A stretch of DNA of 64,000 nt from NCBI GenBank assembly GCA_963815115.1, contig CAWFFN010000005.1, positions 960,001 through 1,024,000 of the forward strand, in the 5' to 3' direction. Below are positions 1-10,304 of the stretch, piece by piece (position 1 is the stretch's first letter; every line of letters starts with the position of its first letter). The notes under the pieces are model-generated. The model was not told the DNA's origin. It was given only the letters and a program-made list of their open reading frames with translations, and searched no databases. Source of the DNA: an uncultured delta proteobacterium (lineage in GTDB: Bacteria > Desulfobacterota > Binatia > DP-6). The translations under genes were made by a program, and so were the position numbers.

Positions 1-1822
1 TCGATGGACGCGCTCCACACGGTGTACTCCGCCGGGCTCGTGTCCGACGGCTACCAGCTCGCGAAGACCGCGATCATCGATCTCCGCGGCAACCAGGGCG
101 CCGTCGACATCCACCTGAACTGGCGCGCGCTCGAGGTTCGCGCCCGCCTCGACAACGCGAATGGCAACCACGACAACCAGCTGATCTGGGCCTTCGGCAG
201 CCCCATCACGCCGGGTGCGGCGCTCGCCCTCAGGTCCTTCCTCACCATGGACGCATGGCTCACGAACATCGAGAACGACGCCAGCAACGACCCGATCGAG
301 CTCAAGGTGGTGAACGACAAGCCCGTGGGCGCGACCGACATGTGCATCGTGGCCAACGGCGCCACCGACGCGCAGATCGTCGACGTCGGCCTCTCCAATC
401 CCGCCTGCCCGGTCAAGTTCCAGTCGTCGCCCCGCCAGGTCGCCGGCGGGCCGCGTAGCGAGGACGTCTTCAAGTGTCAGCTGAAGCAGCCCGACTTCGA
501 CAGCCCCGACTACAACGGCGTGGTGTTCTCGGACGATCAGAAGGCCCGGCTGGCGGCCGTCTTCCCGGACGGGGTCTGCGACTGGACCCTCCCCGGCGTC
601 GGGCAGGTGCCCTCGGACGGTGGCTCGACCTTCAAGAACGGTCCGGGCGGCGAGCCGCTCGGTGAGGCGCCGACCTCGATGGTGGTCCCGCCGGTGTGTG
701 GCGACGGAGAGGTGATCGGCGAGGCATGCGACGACGGGAACACGGCCAGCGGTGACGGCTGCTCCGCCACCTGCACCGTCGAGCCCGGCTATGCGTGCAC
801 CGGAAGCCCGTCCGCGTGCGTCGCCATCTGCGGCGACGGCCTGATCGTCGGCGGCGAGACCTGCGACGACGGGAACACGAGCGGCGGCGACGGCTGCGCG
901 GCGACGTGCACGGTCGAGGAGGGCTGGACCTGCGCCGGCAGCCCGTCGGCGTGCGCGCCGATCTGTGGCGACGGGCTCGTCCGCGGCGGCGAGGCGTGCG
1001 ACGAGAGCGCCGCCAACGGCACGCTCGGGAGCTGCTGCTCGGCCACGTGCCAGTTCAAGGCCAGCGGCACGGCGTGCGACGACGGCAACGCCTGCACCAC
1101 CGGCGATGCCTGCGACGGCGGCACCAGCTGCGTCGGCGGGGCGCCGCCGAATTGCGACGACGACAACACCTGCACGGTCGACTCCTGCGACACGGCGACG
1201 GGATGCATGCACGATGGGCCCGCGCGTGACGGCTTCGCGTGCGACGATCACAACGGCTGCACGCAGGGCGACGTGTGCGCGAACGGGCAATGCGCCGGGA
1301 CCAGCGGCGCCGACGCCGACGGAGACGGATACTGTGACGCCACGGAAACGGCGGTCGGGTGCAATCCGGGCGACGCCGCCGAGATTCCGGCGCAACCGAC
1401 GACCTACGGCGGGGGACACGCGGCGGGAGACGTCCTCGTCACCTATCTCGCACCGAAGGACCGCAAGGTGAACAGGGCGACCGACCCGAGCTGTGCGACC
1501 GCGGGCATCTGCGGCGCGAACGGCTTCTGCACGGCGGGCAAGATCGCCGACCCGTGCACGACGAACGCGGAGTGCAACCTGCCGGCGAACACCTGTCGGG
1601 TGGTGGCGAACTACGGGGCGGCGCCCGATCTCGCGGTCCGGCGGCCGTTCAAGCTGAACCGGACGATCGTGACGAGCTTCGAGCCACTGACGCCAGGCTG
1701 CTCGCGCAAGGTGGGATCTGGCGATGGATCAGTCGCACAGGTCCAACAAGCTGAAGATCCAGGTGAGCGGGACGGTCGGCGGCCGGGTGCGCCGCGACAC
1801 CGACACGTTCACCTATCGCTGA
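1..1822 (+). CDS. DUF6351 (tannase-like) domain protein with myxococcal Cys-rich repeats, 5'-truncated by the window, apparent +1 frameshift at ~1713
   Basis: Contains the DUF6351-type C-terminus (IIDLRG...DIH...RARLDNANG...DVFKCQLK...RLAAVFPDGVCDWT), then CGDG..GEACDDGN..GDGCSATC repeats and CDDGNACT repeats. After GCSRKV the listed frame becomes low-quality. Removing one G from GTGGGATCTG gives VDLAMDQSHRSNKLKIQVSGTVGGRVRRDTDTFTYR-stop at 1820-1822, directly before a hairpin. Confidence 0.75.
694..1300 (+). repeat. Cys-rich protein repeats (three CGDG...CDD/CDE myxococcal-type units followed by CDDGN/CDDxN-CT units)
   Basis: Visible in the translation: VCGDGEVIGEACDDGN, ICGDGLIVGGETCDDGN, ICGDGLVRGGEACDES, then CDDGNACTTGDAC, CDDDNTCTVDSC, CDDHNGCTQGDVC. 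Confidence 0.85.
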
Positions 1823-1831
1823 GACGGGGGA

Positions 1832-1861
1832 GGAGGGGCGGGCGATGCGGCCCGCCCCTCC
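1832..1861. terminator. GC-rich hairpin between convergent genes (probable bidirectional terminator)
   Basis: GGAGGGGCGGGC-gatgcg-GCCCGCCCCTCC is a perfect 12-bp stem between stops at 1822 (+) and 1876 (-). No U-tract. Confidence 0.6.
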
Positions 1862-1875
1862 GGTCTCCGCGGACG

Positions 1876-3174
1876 TCAGGTGGCCGAGCCGTGCGGCCGC
1901 CGAGCTCGCTCGCCAGAGGTCCGGCCCTGGGCGTCGAGGATGAGGAGCGCGAGATCCACGCGCAGGCGCGCCTCGGGGTCGGCGAGGTCGATGCCGAAAC
2001 GGCTGCGGAGCTGCTTCAGGCGGTAGGTCAGCGTGTGCGGGTGGACCGAGAGCGCCGCCGCCGCGACCTTGACGCGATAGCCGCTCCGGGAGAGGTGGCG
2101 CAGGGTCTCCAGGTAGGCGCGCTGGCCGCTCGGCGTCAGGGGAGCGAGCACGCGCTGTACGAAGGCATCGGCCTCCGGAGAGCCGATGCCGACGAGGTCG
2201 AGCACCGCGAGGTCGGCATAGCGGTGCACCCGCTGCTGGTGACGCAGGATCGTTCCGATGCGAAGCGCACGCAGCGCTTCGCGGGCCGACCGGCGCGCGC
2301 CCGCGAGGTAGCGTGCGGCGCCCCCGAGGCCGACGCGCCGCTCGTCCCCGTGCAGACCCTCGGCGACGGCCTCCAGGTATCTGGCGTCCGGCTCTCCGGG
2401 CAGGAGCGCGACGAAGCCTTCACGGGAGTGGCCGACCCAGGTCGCCGCTTCCGGCATGCGGCTCGCGAGCAGGCGGCGCACGTCGTCGGGCGCGACCGTC
2501 GCGCTTTCCGTCGCCGTGGAGGCCGCCGGACCGAAGATGGCGACCGCGTGCAGCTCGTCGAGCGGGACGCCGAGCGCCCGGGCACGCGCCTCGAGCAGGC
2601 TGTCCGCCGCGTCCTCGGAGAGGAGCAGCTGGAAGAACTCGTCGACGTCCTGCTCCCGGAAGCGTGACAGGCGCTCGCGCTCCTCGACGTAGGACTCCGT
2701 CAGGGCGCTCATCAGCCTCGTCTGATTGGAGAGGATCAGGTCGACCCGTTCGAGGAGCTGGGCGCGCAGGACCGGATCCTGGCCGACGAGCTCGATCAGG
2801 TGCTCCCAGAGCAGCGTGAGGCCCGCCGCGAAGAAGGTGAGGTACTCGCCCAGCGGCGTGCCCTGCGCCGCGCGTTGCCGCGCCATCTGGCGCGAGTGCT
2901 CGAGATCCTCGGAGGTGAGCGCGCGGCCGGCCTGGAGCGTGACGCGGTAGAAGAGCGTGACGTGGTGGAGCACGCTCTCGCGCACCTGGGCGAGGCGGGC
3001 CCTCGGCAGCCGGCGGTAGTGCGGCAGCCGCTTCAGGCAGTGCTCGACGATCAGGCGCGCCCGGGTACGCCGCCCCAGGTACGCACGTCGGATCAGCGCG
3101 AGAAGCTCGGTCGGGACGGTGGCTCGGTCGGCGCGCTGCGCCTCGCGCCGGGTGCTGCGGCCCGCGCCCTCCAT
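1876..3174 (-). CDS. PucR/CdaR-family transcriptional regulator (RsbRD_N-like domain plus C-terminal HTH)
   Basis: C-terminal LETLRHLSRSGYRVKVAAAALSVHPHTLTYRLKQL is the HTH_30 signature. SAREALRALR...VHRYADL is typical of the family. Start codon uncertain. Confidence 0.88.
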   Translation of the reverse strand: MEGAGRSTRREAQRADRATVPTELLALIRRAYLGRRTRARLIVEHCLKRLPHYRRLPRARLAQVRESVLHHVTLFYRVTLQAGRALTSEDLEHSRQMARQRAAQGTPLGEYLTFFAAGLTLLWEHLIELVGQDPVLRAQLLERVDLILSNQTRLMSALTESYVEERERLSRFREQDVDEFFQLLLSEDAADSLLEARARALGVPLDELHAVAIFGPAASTATESATVAPDDVRRLLASRMPEAATWVGHSREGFVALLPGEPDARYLEAVAEGLHGDERRVGLGGAARYLAGARRSAREALRALRIGTILRHQQRVHRYADLAVLDLVGIGSPEADAFVQRVLAPLTPSGQRAYLETLRHLSRSGYRVKVAAAALSVHPHTLTYRLKQLRSRFGIDLADPEARLRVDLALLILDAQGRTSGERARRPHGSAT

Positions 3175-3377
3175 CTGCCGGAGATTGACCCGCGGAGGCG
3201 TGACGGGAAGATCGCTCGGATACGTGCGAGCCGCTGATGCCGTCCCCCTGCGATTTTCGCCACGAGTCATCCAGGCCGACCGGACAACCCGCGATGTACG
3301 CGACGTGCTCGCGGACCGTCAAGGGAAACGATGGCACGCGCGGCGTCGAGCCGCCGGCGAGCCGGCTGCGCGGTCGT

Positions 3378-4274
3378 TCAGCTCGATCGCCTGAGCAATC
3401 CGTCGGACGGCGCGGGCGGAGTCTGCCCGTAATCGTAGAAGCCCCTGCCGCTCTTGCGGCCGAGGAAGCCGCCGAGCACCATCCGGCGCAGCAGGCCGGG
3501 GGCGGCGAAGCGCGCTTCCTTGTACTCCTCGTGCAGGAGCGAGGCCATGTGGAACACGATGTCGAGGCCGATGAAATCGGCCAGCGCGAGTGGTCCCAAC
3601 GGGTGGTTCGCGCCGTTCTGCATGGCGGTGTCGATGTCCGCGATCGAGCCGAGGCCGCGCTCGAGGCAGTCGATGGCGTCGACCATGTAGGGGACGAGCA
3701 GCCGGTTCACGATGTAGCCCGTCGAGTCGGCGACCAGCACGGGCAGCTTGCCGAGCTTGCGCGCGAAGGCCATGCAGGTGTCGATCGTCTCCGACGACGT
3801 GCGCAGCGAGGGCGCCACCTCGACCAGCTTCATGGCGTGCACGGGGTTGAAGAAGTGCAGTCCCACGAAGCGCTCCGGCCGGCGCGTCGCGGCGGCGAGC
3901 TCGGCCACCGTCAGGGTCGACGTGTTGGTCGCGAAGATGGCGTCGTCCTTCACGACGTCGTCGAGCCGCGAGAAGTGCTCGCGCTTCACGGGCAGCTCCT
4001 CGACGATCGACTCGATCACCAGGTCGACGTCGGCCAGGTCGTGGAGGTGGGTGGTCCAGCGGAGGCGCTCGAGCAATGCGCCGTGATCGGCCGCGGTGAG
4101 CTTGCCCTTCTCGAGGTCCTTCTGGAGCTGCTTCTCGACCCTGCCGCGCTGCGCATCGAGAGGGCCCGGCGTCGCCTTGGCCATGTACGTCTCGAAGCCC
4201 GCGCGCGCGGCCGACTGGGCGATGCCGAGCCCCATCTGTCCCGCGCCCAGGACGCCAATTCTGCGAATCTCCAT
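3378..4274 (-). CDS. hbd: 3-hydroxybutyryl-CoA dehydrogenase
   Basis: Motifs GVLGAGQMGLGIA, ATNTSTL, GLHFFNPV, HPLGPLALADFIGLD, LGRKSGRGFYDY. Confidence 0.9.
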   Translation of the reverse strand: MEIRRIGVLGAGQMGLGIAQSAARAGFETYMAKATPGPLDAQRGRVEKQLQKDLEKGKLTAADHGALLERLRWTTHLHDLADVDLVIESIVEELPVKREHFSRLDDVVKDDAIFATNTSTLTVAELAAATRRPERFVGLHFFNPVHAMKLVEVAPSLRTSSETIDTCMAFARKLGKLPVLVADSTGYIVNRLLVPYMVDAIDCLERGLGSIADIDTAMQNGANHPLGPLALADFIGLDIVFHMASLLHEEYKEARFAAPGLLRRMVLGGFLGRKSGRGFYDYGQTPPAPSDGLLRRSS

Positions 4275-4381
4275 GTGCAGATCCCCCTCCTGCCGAGGTC
4301 CCGGGGCGATACGACACTCGAGCCGGTGGCGTCAATCGAAGGGCTCTGGTCTTTCGCGCTGCCGCGGTGCTAGATGCCCGC

Positions 4382-6019
4382 ATGGAGAACGAGGTGAGCG
4401 CGATCCTGCCCGCTTTGCGGGCCGTCATGGACAGCGCGCTCGAGAGTGGCCGCCGGCTCACGGAGGGCGGCCGCGCGATCGACGATCACCAGGTGCACGC
4501 CGAGCGGCTGGCTTACGCCGCCACCGAGGTGAAGGCGGCCGAGGCCCTCGCCGCCTACGCCGCGGCACGGCGCGAAGCGGGCGCGTCCGATGCGACCACG
4601 GATGCGATGGCGGGAGCCTTCGCAGGAGAGGTGGCGGCGAAGCTGCGGGGCGCGATCGAGGCCCATCGCGACGACTTCGGCGTCTCCGACGACGTGCTCG
4701 CGCGCACCCTCGCTTCGACCGAGATGAGCAGCGCCGTGCGCGCCGCGCAGCACGAGTCGCGCTTCCGTGCCATCGGTCAGGAGGTGATCCGCACCCGCGC
4801 CGCCAACAACGGCTACATCGACGGCGACCTGGCCGAGATGGCCCGCGACTCCGCGCGTGCCTTCGCCCGCAAGGAGGTCGCCCCGCTCGCGGAGCACATC
4901 CACCGGCACGACGACCTGGTGCCCGAGTCGATCATCAACGCCATGCGGGAGCTGGGCTACTTCGGCATGTCGGTGCCCGAGGAGTACGGCGGCCAGGGCA
5001 TGGGCAACCTGCCGATGATCATCATCACCGAGGAGCTGTCGACGGCGTCGCTCGCCGCCGCGGGCAGCCTGATCACGCGGCCGGAGATCCTCACCAAGGC
5101 GCTGCTGAAGGGCGGCACCGAGGCGCAGAAGCGGCACTGGCTGCCGCCGGTGGCGGCGGGCGAGCTCATGGTCGGCATCTCCGTGACGGAGCCGGACACC
5201 GGGTCCGACGTGGCGTCGGTCCGCTGCCGTGCGGAGCGCGGCGAGCAGGGCGGTGCCGCCGGCTGGTTCATCAACGGCGCCAAGGCGTGGTGCACCTTCG
5301 CGGGCCGCGCCGACGTCCTCGCGCTGCTCGCGCGCACCGATCCCGACGCGACGAAGGGAGCGCGCGGACTCTCGCTCTTCGTCGTGCCGAAGGATTCGTT
5401 CACGGGGCACGAGTTCGAGATGAAGCAGCCGGGTGGGGGAGTGCTGCACGGCAAGGCGGATCGCACGCCGGGCTACCGCGGCATGCACTCCTACACGCTC
5501 GGCTTCGAGCGCTACTTCGTTCCTGCCGCGAACCTGATCGGGGAGGGCGACGGGGAAGGCAAGGGCTTCTATCTCCAGATGCAGGGCTTCGCGGCCGGTC
5601 GCCTGCAGACCGGGGGGCGGGCCAGCGGCCTGGCCCAGGCCGCGCTCGAGGTGACCGCCACCTACGCCGGGGAGCGCAAGCAGTTCGGCCGGCCCATCGG
5701 GGAGTTCCAGCTCACGCAGTACAAGCTCGGCCGCATGGCGACGCACCTCGCCGCCGCACGCCAGCTGACCTACGCGGCGGCGCGCCTGATGGACGGCGAC
5801 GAATCGATCTCCCTCGAGCCCTCCATGTGCAAGCTCTTCGCCTCCGACGTCGCGGTGTGGGTGACCCAGGAGGGGCAGCTCATCCACGGGGGCTGGGGCT
5901 ACGCCGAGGAGTACGCGATCTCCCGCCACGTGGTCGACGCCACGGTCTTGCCGATCTTCGAGGGCGTGAAGCCCATTCTCGAGCTGAAGGTGATTGCGCG
6001 GCAGCTGTTGTCGGGTTAG
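4382..6019 (+). CDS. acyl-CoA dehydrogenase, (2S)-methylsuccinyl-CoA dehydrogenase (Mcd)-like
   Basis: ~545 aa ACAD with an N-terminal extension (DDHQVHAERLAYAATE), plus TEELS...GSLITRPEI, TEPDTGSD and GYRGMHSY as in Mcd. ccr lies nearby. Confidence 0.8.
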   Translation: MENEVSAILPALRAVMDSALESGRRLTEGGRAIDDHQVHAERLAYAATEVKAAEALAAYAAARREAGASDATTDAMAGAFAGEVAAKLRGAIEAHRDDFGVSDDVLARTLASTEMSSAVRAAQHESRFRAIGQEVIRTRAANNGYIDGDLAEMARDSARAFARKEVAPLAEHIHRHDDLVPESIINAMRELGYFGMSVPEEYGGQGMGNLPMIIITEELSTASLAAAGSLITRPEILTKALLKGGTEAQKRHWLPPVAAGELMVGISVTEPDTGSDVASVRCRAERGEQGGAAGWFINGAKAWCTFAGRADVLALLARTDPDATKGARGLSLFVVPKDSFTGHEFEMKQPGGGVLHGKADRTPGYRGMHSYTLGFERYFVPAANLIGEGDGEGKGFYLQMQGFAAGRLQTGGRASGLAQAALEVTATYAGERKQFGRPIGEFQLTQYKLGRMATHLAAARQLTYAAARLMDGDESISLEPSMCKLFASDVAVWVTQEGQLIHGGWGYAEEYAISRHVVDATVLPIFEGVKPILELKVIARQLLSG

Positions 6020-6052
6020 CCAGAATCCCGGACCTGCGTCGTCTGATTCCCG

Positions 6053-6478
6053 ATGCAACGCCTGCTCGCCGATGTCGGCACCATCGCCCAGCTTGCGCAG
6101 CGCAGCCTCGTCGGGGGTACGGTACATGGATACTGGCGCGACATCGATGCGCACTGCGAGAGCGACGGTACGAGCGCATTGATGGTGCGCGGGGTTGCGG
6201 GCGCGGTCTACGCGGCGCTGCTTCCGATCGTCCCGCTCATGGCCGCGCGGCGTCGCTGGCTCGTCGGCCGAGCCCTCGAGGCGGTGGTGCGCGCCATCGT
6301 CGCCGGGGTCGAGGTCCCGATTGCCGTCAACCGCGCCGTCGGATGGCTCGCACGCAGGGGGCTGGACGCCGTCCAGGCCCGCGCCGACCTCGAGCGCCTG
6401 CTCTCCGGCTTCCTGTCGTCGCGGACGACGTCCACCGCCGCCGCCGACACGGCCTCCGGGCTCAAGTCGGCCGGGTGA
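6053..6478 (+). CDS. hypothetical protein
   Basis: 141-aa ORF fills the gap between the ACAD and ilvD, with plausible composition. No recognisable motif. Confidence 0.45.
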   Translation: MQRLLADVGTIAQLAQRSLVGGTVHGYWRDIDAHCESDGTSALMVRGVAGAVYAALLPIVPLMAARRRWLVGRALEAVVRAIVAGVEVPIAVNRAVGWLARRGLDAVQARADLERLLSGFLSSRTTSTAAADTASGLKSAG

Positions 6479-8141
6479 TCGCTCCCTCGGCCGCGGAGGT
6501 GACGAGCGCGACGTACTTGGCGAACACGCCGCCGGTGTAGCGTGGCGCCGGGGGGCGCCAGCGGGCGCGACGCTCCGCCAGCATCGCCTCCGGCACGTCG
6601 AGATCGAGACGGCGCTCGGCGACGTCGAAGCGGATCTGATCGCCCTCCTCGACCAGCGCGATGGGTCCACCCACCTGCGCCTCGGGTGCCACGTGCCCCG
6701 CCATGAGTCCTCGGGTGGCGCCGCTGAAGCGACCGTCGGTGAGGAGGGCCACGCTCTCTCCGAGGCCCGCGCCCATGATCGCGGCCGTCACGCCGAGCAT
6801 CTCGCGCATGCCGGGTCCGCCGCGCGGCCCCTCGTAACGGATCACGACGACGTCGCCGGGCCGGATCCGTCCAGCCAGCACCGCGGCCATGGCGTCCTCC
6901 TCGCGCTCGAAGAGCCGGGCCGGGCCGCGATGCTGGAGGCGCTCGTGCCCGGCGACCTTCACGACGCAGCCCTCGGGCGCGAGCGAGCCCTTCAGGATGA
7001 CCAGGCCGCCGGTCGGCTTGATCGGCCGGTCGAGCGGCCACACCACGTCCTGGCCCGGGGTCTCGTGCGCGCGCGCCGCCTCCTCCGCGAACGTGCGTCC
7101 GGTGACGGTCACCGCGTCGCCGTCGACCAGCCGCGCCTCGACCAGGCGGCGCGCGACGACGCCGGTTCCTCCCGCCCGCTCGAGGTCGACGGCGGTGTAC
7201 TTTCCGCCGGGCTGCATGTCGGCCCACAGCGGCGTGCGCTGGCCGATGGGATCGAAGTCGTCGATGGTGAGCGGCACCCCGGCCTCGCGCGCGATGGCGA
7301 GCAGGTGGAGCACGGCGTTGGTCGAGCCACCGGTCGCGTTGACGCCGGCGATGGCGTTCTCGAGAGCGCCGCGCGTGACGATCTGGCGCGGCAGGAGGCC
7401 GCGCCGGAGGATATCCATCGCGAGCCGCCCCGCGTCCTCGGCCACGACGTCCTTCGCCCGGTCGGTCGCGGCGATGCTGGCCGATCCCATGGGAGAGAGG
7501 CCGAGGAACTCGAGCGCCATCGCCATGGTGTTGGCGGTGAACTGACCGCCGCAGGCTCCCGGTCCCGGGCAGGCGCGGTCCTCCAGCTCCTTCAGATCGG
7601 CATCCGACAGCTTGCCGGCGGCGTGCGCGCCCACCGCCTCGAACAGGTTCAGCACCGTCACCGACTGGCCCCGGAAGCTGCCGGGCTGGATCGACCCGCC
7701 GTAGAGCACGAGACCGGGGACGTCGAGGCGCAGCAGCGCCATCGCGCCGCCCGGGATGGTCTTGTCACAGCCCACCAGCACGACGAGCGCGTCGAACATG
7801 TGTCCGCGGGCCACCAGCTCGATGGAGTCGGCGATCACCTCGCGGGACACGAGAGAGGTCTTCATGCCCTCGGTGCCCATGGTGATGCCGTCGCTGATGG
7901 CGATGGTGTTGAACTCCATCGGCGTGCCGCCGGCCTCGCGCACGCCGCGCTTCACGTGCTCGGCGAGCGCGCGCAGCGTGAAGTTGCACGGCATGGTCTC
8001 GGTCCAGGTGCTCGCGATGCCGACGATGGGGCGCCCGATGTCGCGATCGGTGAGGCCGATCGCCTTCAGGTAGGACCGGGCGGGAGCGCGGTCGGGGCCG
8101 TCGTAGAGCGTGCGGCTGCGGCGGCGAAGGTCCTCTGCCAT
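6462..8141 (-). CDS. ilvD: dihydroxy-acid dehydratase
   Basis: Motifs [73 protein letters not shown]. Confidence 0.96.
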   Translation of the reverse strand: MAEDLRRRSRTLYDGPDRAPARSYLKAIGLTDRDIGRPIVGIASTWTETMPCNFTLRALAEHVKRGVREAGGTPMEFNTIAISDGITMGTEGMKTSLVSREVIADSIELVARGHMFDALVVLVGCDKTIPGGAMALLRLDVPGLVLYGGSIQPGSFRGQSVTVLNLFEAVGAHAAGKLSDADLKELEDRACPGPGACGGQFTANTMAMALEFLGLSPMGSASIAATDRAKDVVAEDAGRLAMDILRRGLLPRQIVTRGALENAIAGVNATGGSTNAVLHLLAIAREAGVPLTIDDFDPIGQRTPLWADMQPGGKYTAVDLERAGGTGVVARRLVEARLVDGDAVTVTGRTFAEEAARAHETPGQDVVWPLDRPIKPTGGLVILKGSLAPEGCVVKVAGHERLQHRGPARLFEREEDAMAAVLAGRIRPGDVVVIRYEGPRGGPGMREMLGVTAAIMGAGLGESVALLTDGRFSGATRGLMAGHVAPEAQVGGPIALVEEGDQIRFDVAERRLDLDVPEAMLAERRARWRPPAPRYTGGVFAKYVALVTSAAEGAITRPT

Positions 8142-8153
8142 GGTGCCCGGAGA

Positions 8154-8179
8154 TTGACGCCGGGGGCCGCCCCGGTCAA
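8154..8179. promoter_or_regulatory. palindrome containing back-to-back TTGAC -35-like hexamers between divergent ilvD and peroxiredoxin
   Basis: TTGAC-G-CCGGGG-GCCG-CCCCGG-TCAA. The minus strand reads TTGACC-N17-CAATCT upstream of ilvD. Confidence 0.4.
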
Positions 8180-8218
8180 ATAGGGTCAGCGTCGCACTCG
8201 ACGAGGAGGGAACGGACC

Positions 8219-8707
8219 ATGGCGATCAAGGCCGGTGACACGCTGCCCGCGGACGTGAAGCTCATGGAGATGGGAGACGCGGGCCCGAAGCAGGTGACGG
8301 TGGGCGAGCTCACGAAGGGCAAGACCGTCGTGTTCTTCGCCGTTCCGGGTGCCTTCACCCCCACCTGCTCGATGAAGCACCTGCCGGGCTTCGTCGACAA
8401 GGCGGGCGACATCCGCAACAAGGGCGTGGACGAGATCGTCTGTCTGTCGGTGAACGATGCCTTCGTCATGGGAGCGTGGGGCAAGGAGCACGGCGCCGGC
8501 GACAAGGTCCGCATGGTCGCCGACGGCAACGGCGACTTCACGCGCGCCGTCGGCCTCGAGATGGACGCCAGCGGGTTCGGTATGGGCTCGCGTTCGAAGC
8601 GGTACGCCATGCTGGTGAAGGACGGGAAGGTGACCGAGCTTCTCGTCGAGCCGGCGGGCGGCCTCAACGTGTCGAGCGCGGAGTCGGTGCTCGGCAAGCT
8701 CGGCTGA
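8219..8707 (+). CDS. peroxiredoxin (Prx5 type)
   Basis: Motifs PGAFTPTCS and [18 protein letters not shown]. Strong SD (GAGGAGG). Confidence 0.95.
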   Translation: MAIKAGDTLPADVKLMEMGDAGPKQVTVGELTKGKTVVFFAVPGAFTPTCSMKHLPGFVDKAGDIRNKGVDEIVCLSVNDAFVMGAWGKEHGAGDKVRMVADGNGDFTRAVGLEMDASGFGMGSRSKRYAMLVKDGKVTELLVEPAGGLNVSSAESVLGKLG

Positions 8708-8780
8708 GCGGGCACCCCGCCCGCGCCACCCGATCGTGCGCTGGAGTCCGCTCCGGCGCCGCGCGGGTGATCCATTCGAC

Positions 8781-9923
8781 ATGGTGGGCTCCGGACGGCT
8801 GCTCGAGCTGATCGGCCTGGCGTACGACGCTGCCGCCGATCCCACCCGCTGGTCCGTCTGCCTCTCCGCCCTCGGCGAGGCACTGCGGTGCCCGGCCATC
8901 GGCGTATTCCCGCTCGAGCCGGGTCCGGCGAACTCGTACGCGAGCCTGTGCGTGGGCCATGATCCCGTGCTGCTCGCGCGCTACGACACCTACTACGGGC
9001 GGCCCGACGTCAACCCGTACACCCAGCGATCCGAGCCATGGATGCTGGCGCCGGGCACCGTGGTGCGCGCCGAGGCGGTGTGCCCGGATCGCGAGCTCCA
9101 CCGCACCGAGTACTTCGAGGACTGGCTGCGGCCGCAGGGTCTCGGCGCAGGCGGTTTCGCCATCGTCGGCACCCCGCGCCAGCCCGTGGTGCTGAGCTTC
9201 GCGCGCGCACCTGCGCGCGGCCATCTCGGCATGCAGGAGGTCGCGCTGGTGCGAGCGCTGGTGCCGCACATCGGGCGAGCGCTCGCGCTGGGAGAGCACC
9301 TCGAGCGGCTCGAGGCGGAGCACGACGCGCGCAGCGCAGCGCTCGACCGCGTCGGCGTCGGCGTCATCCTGGTCGACGCGAGCGCTCGACCGCTGCTGAT
9401 GAACCACCGCGCCCAGACGCTCCTGGACGCGTGCGACGGTCTCGGCGTCGGTCGCGACGGGCTCGTCACCATGCGGCGGGAGACGACCGACACGTTGCAC
9501 CGGCTGGTCGCGGAAGCGGCGGACACGACCCAGGGGCGCGGCACCGCGGCCGGGGGTGCGCTGATCCTTCCCCGGCCGTCCGGCCTGCGGCCGCTGATGG
9601 CGCTGGTGACACCGTTCGCACGCGATCGCTGGCCGGTGCGCGGGGTCGCCGCCGCGGGGGTGCTGGTGAGCGACCCCGAGGACGTCACGCCACCGCCCGT
9701 CGAGGTGCTGCGCCGCCTCTGGGGTCTGACGGCAGCCGAGGCGGCGCTCGCGTGTCAGCTTGCCGCGGGCCGGAGCCTCGAGGAGGCGGCGCAGGTGCTC
9801 GCCGTGCGCCTGCCGACCGTCCGGACGCAGCTGGCGCGCATCTTCGCGAAGACGGGCACCCGCCGGCAGGCCGAGCTGATCCGCCTGCTCGTGGGTGGCA
9901 TTGCTCCGCCGCTCGTCTTCTGA
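8781..9923 (+). CDS. LuxR-type HTH transcriptional regulator with GAF/PAS-like sensor region
   Basis: LAYDAAADPTRW N-terminus, a PAS-like GVILVDASARPLLMN segment, and C-terminal WGLTAAEAALA...TVRTQLARIFAKTGTRRQAELI. Confidence 0.88.
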   Translation: MVGSGRLLELIGLAYDAAADPTRWSVCLSALGEALRCPAIGVFPLEPGPANSYASLCVGHDPVLLARYDTYYGRPDVNPYTQRSEPWMLAPGTVVRAEAVCPDRELHRTEYFEDWLRPQGLGAGGFAIVGTPRQPVVLSFARAPARGHLGMQEVALVRALVPHIGRALALGEHLERLEAEHDARSAALDRVGVGVILVDASARPLLMNHRAQTLLDACDGLGVGRDGLVTMRRETTDTLHRLVAEAADTTQGRGTAAGGALILPRPSGLRPLMALVTPFARDRWPVRGVAAAGVLVSDPEDVTPPPVEVLRRLWGLTAAEAALACQLAAGRSLEEAAQVLAVRLPTVRTQLARIFAKTGTRRQAELIRLLVGGIAPPLVF

Positions 9924-9935
9924 GCGGCGCCCGGC

Positions 9936-10304
9936 TCAGCTCTCGTCGCGGCCCCCGCTACCGGTGAAGCGGTCGGCAGGGTCGGCGAAGAGCACGTTGA
10001 ACGTCGTGAGGCTGCCGTAGATGCGGGTGATGTAATCCTGGAGCTGCAGCCGGTCCTCGTCGGACAGCTTGGGATGGCCGTTGATGCGCTGCTCGAGCAC
10101 CCGGAGCTTCTCGCGCACGGCGATGATCTTGCGGAAGAAGCTCTCGATGGGCACGACCTTCTCCTGCGTGCCTGCCTTCCCGGGCCGCAGCACGAGCTGG
10201 CCACCGGTCCAGCGCTCGGCGATCTCGCCGGTGACCGATTCCTCGGCGTGCATCACCGCCTTCACGGCCTGCACGATCTTGCGTACGTCGCCGTCGTCGA
10301 GCAT
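9936..10304 (-). CDS. conserved hypothetical protein, translationally coupled to ccr
   Basis: ATG overlaps the ccr stop (TGATG). Contains the conserved-looking ERWTGGQLVL...IESFFRKII..REKLRVLEQRIN...YITRIYGSLTTFNVLF. Confidence 0.75.
   Translation of the reverse strand: MLDDGDVRKIVQAVKAVMHAEESVTGEIAERWTGGQLVLRPGKAGTQEKVVPIESFFRKIIAVREKLRVLEQRINGHPKLSDEDRLQLQDYITRIYGSLTTFNVLFADPADRFTGSGGRDES

Noticed and set aside
1823-2667. C-terminal extension of the 887-aa ORF
   Set aside because: Read-through from the frameshift at ~1713, antisense to the PucR gene.
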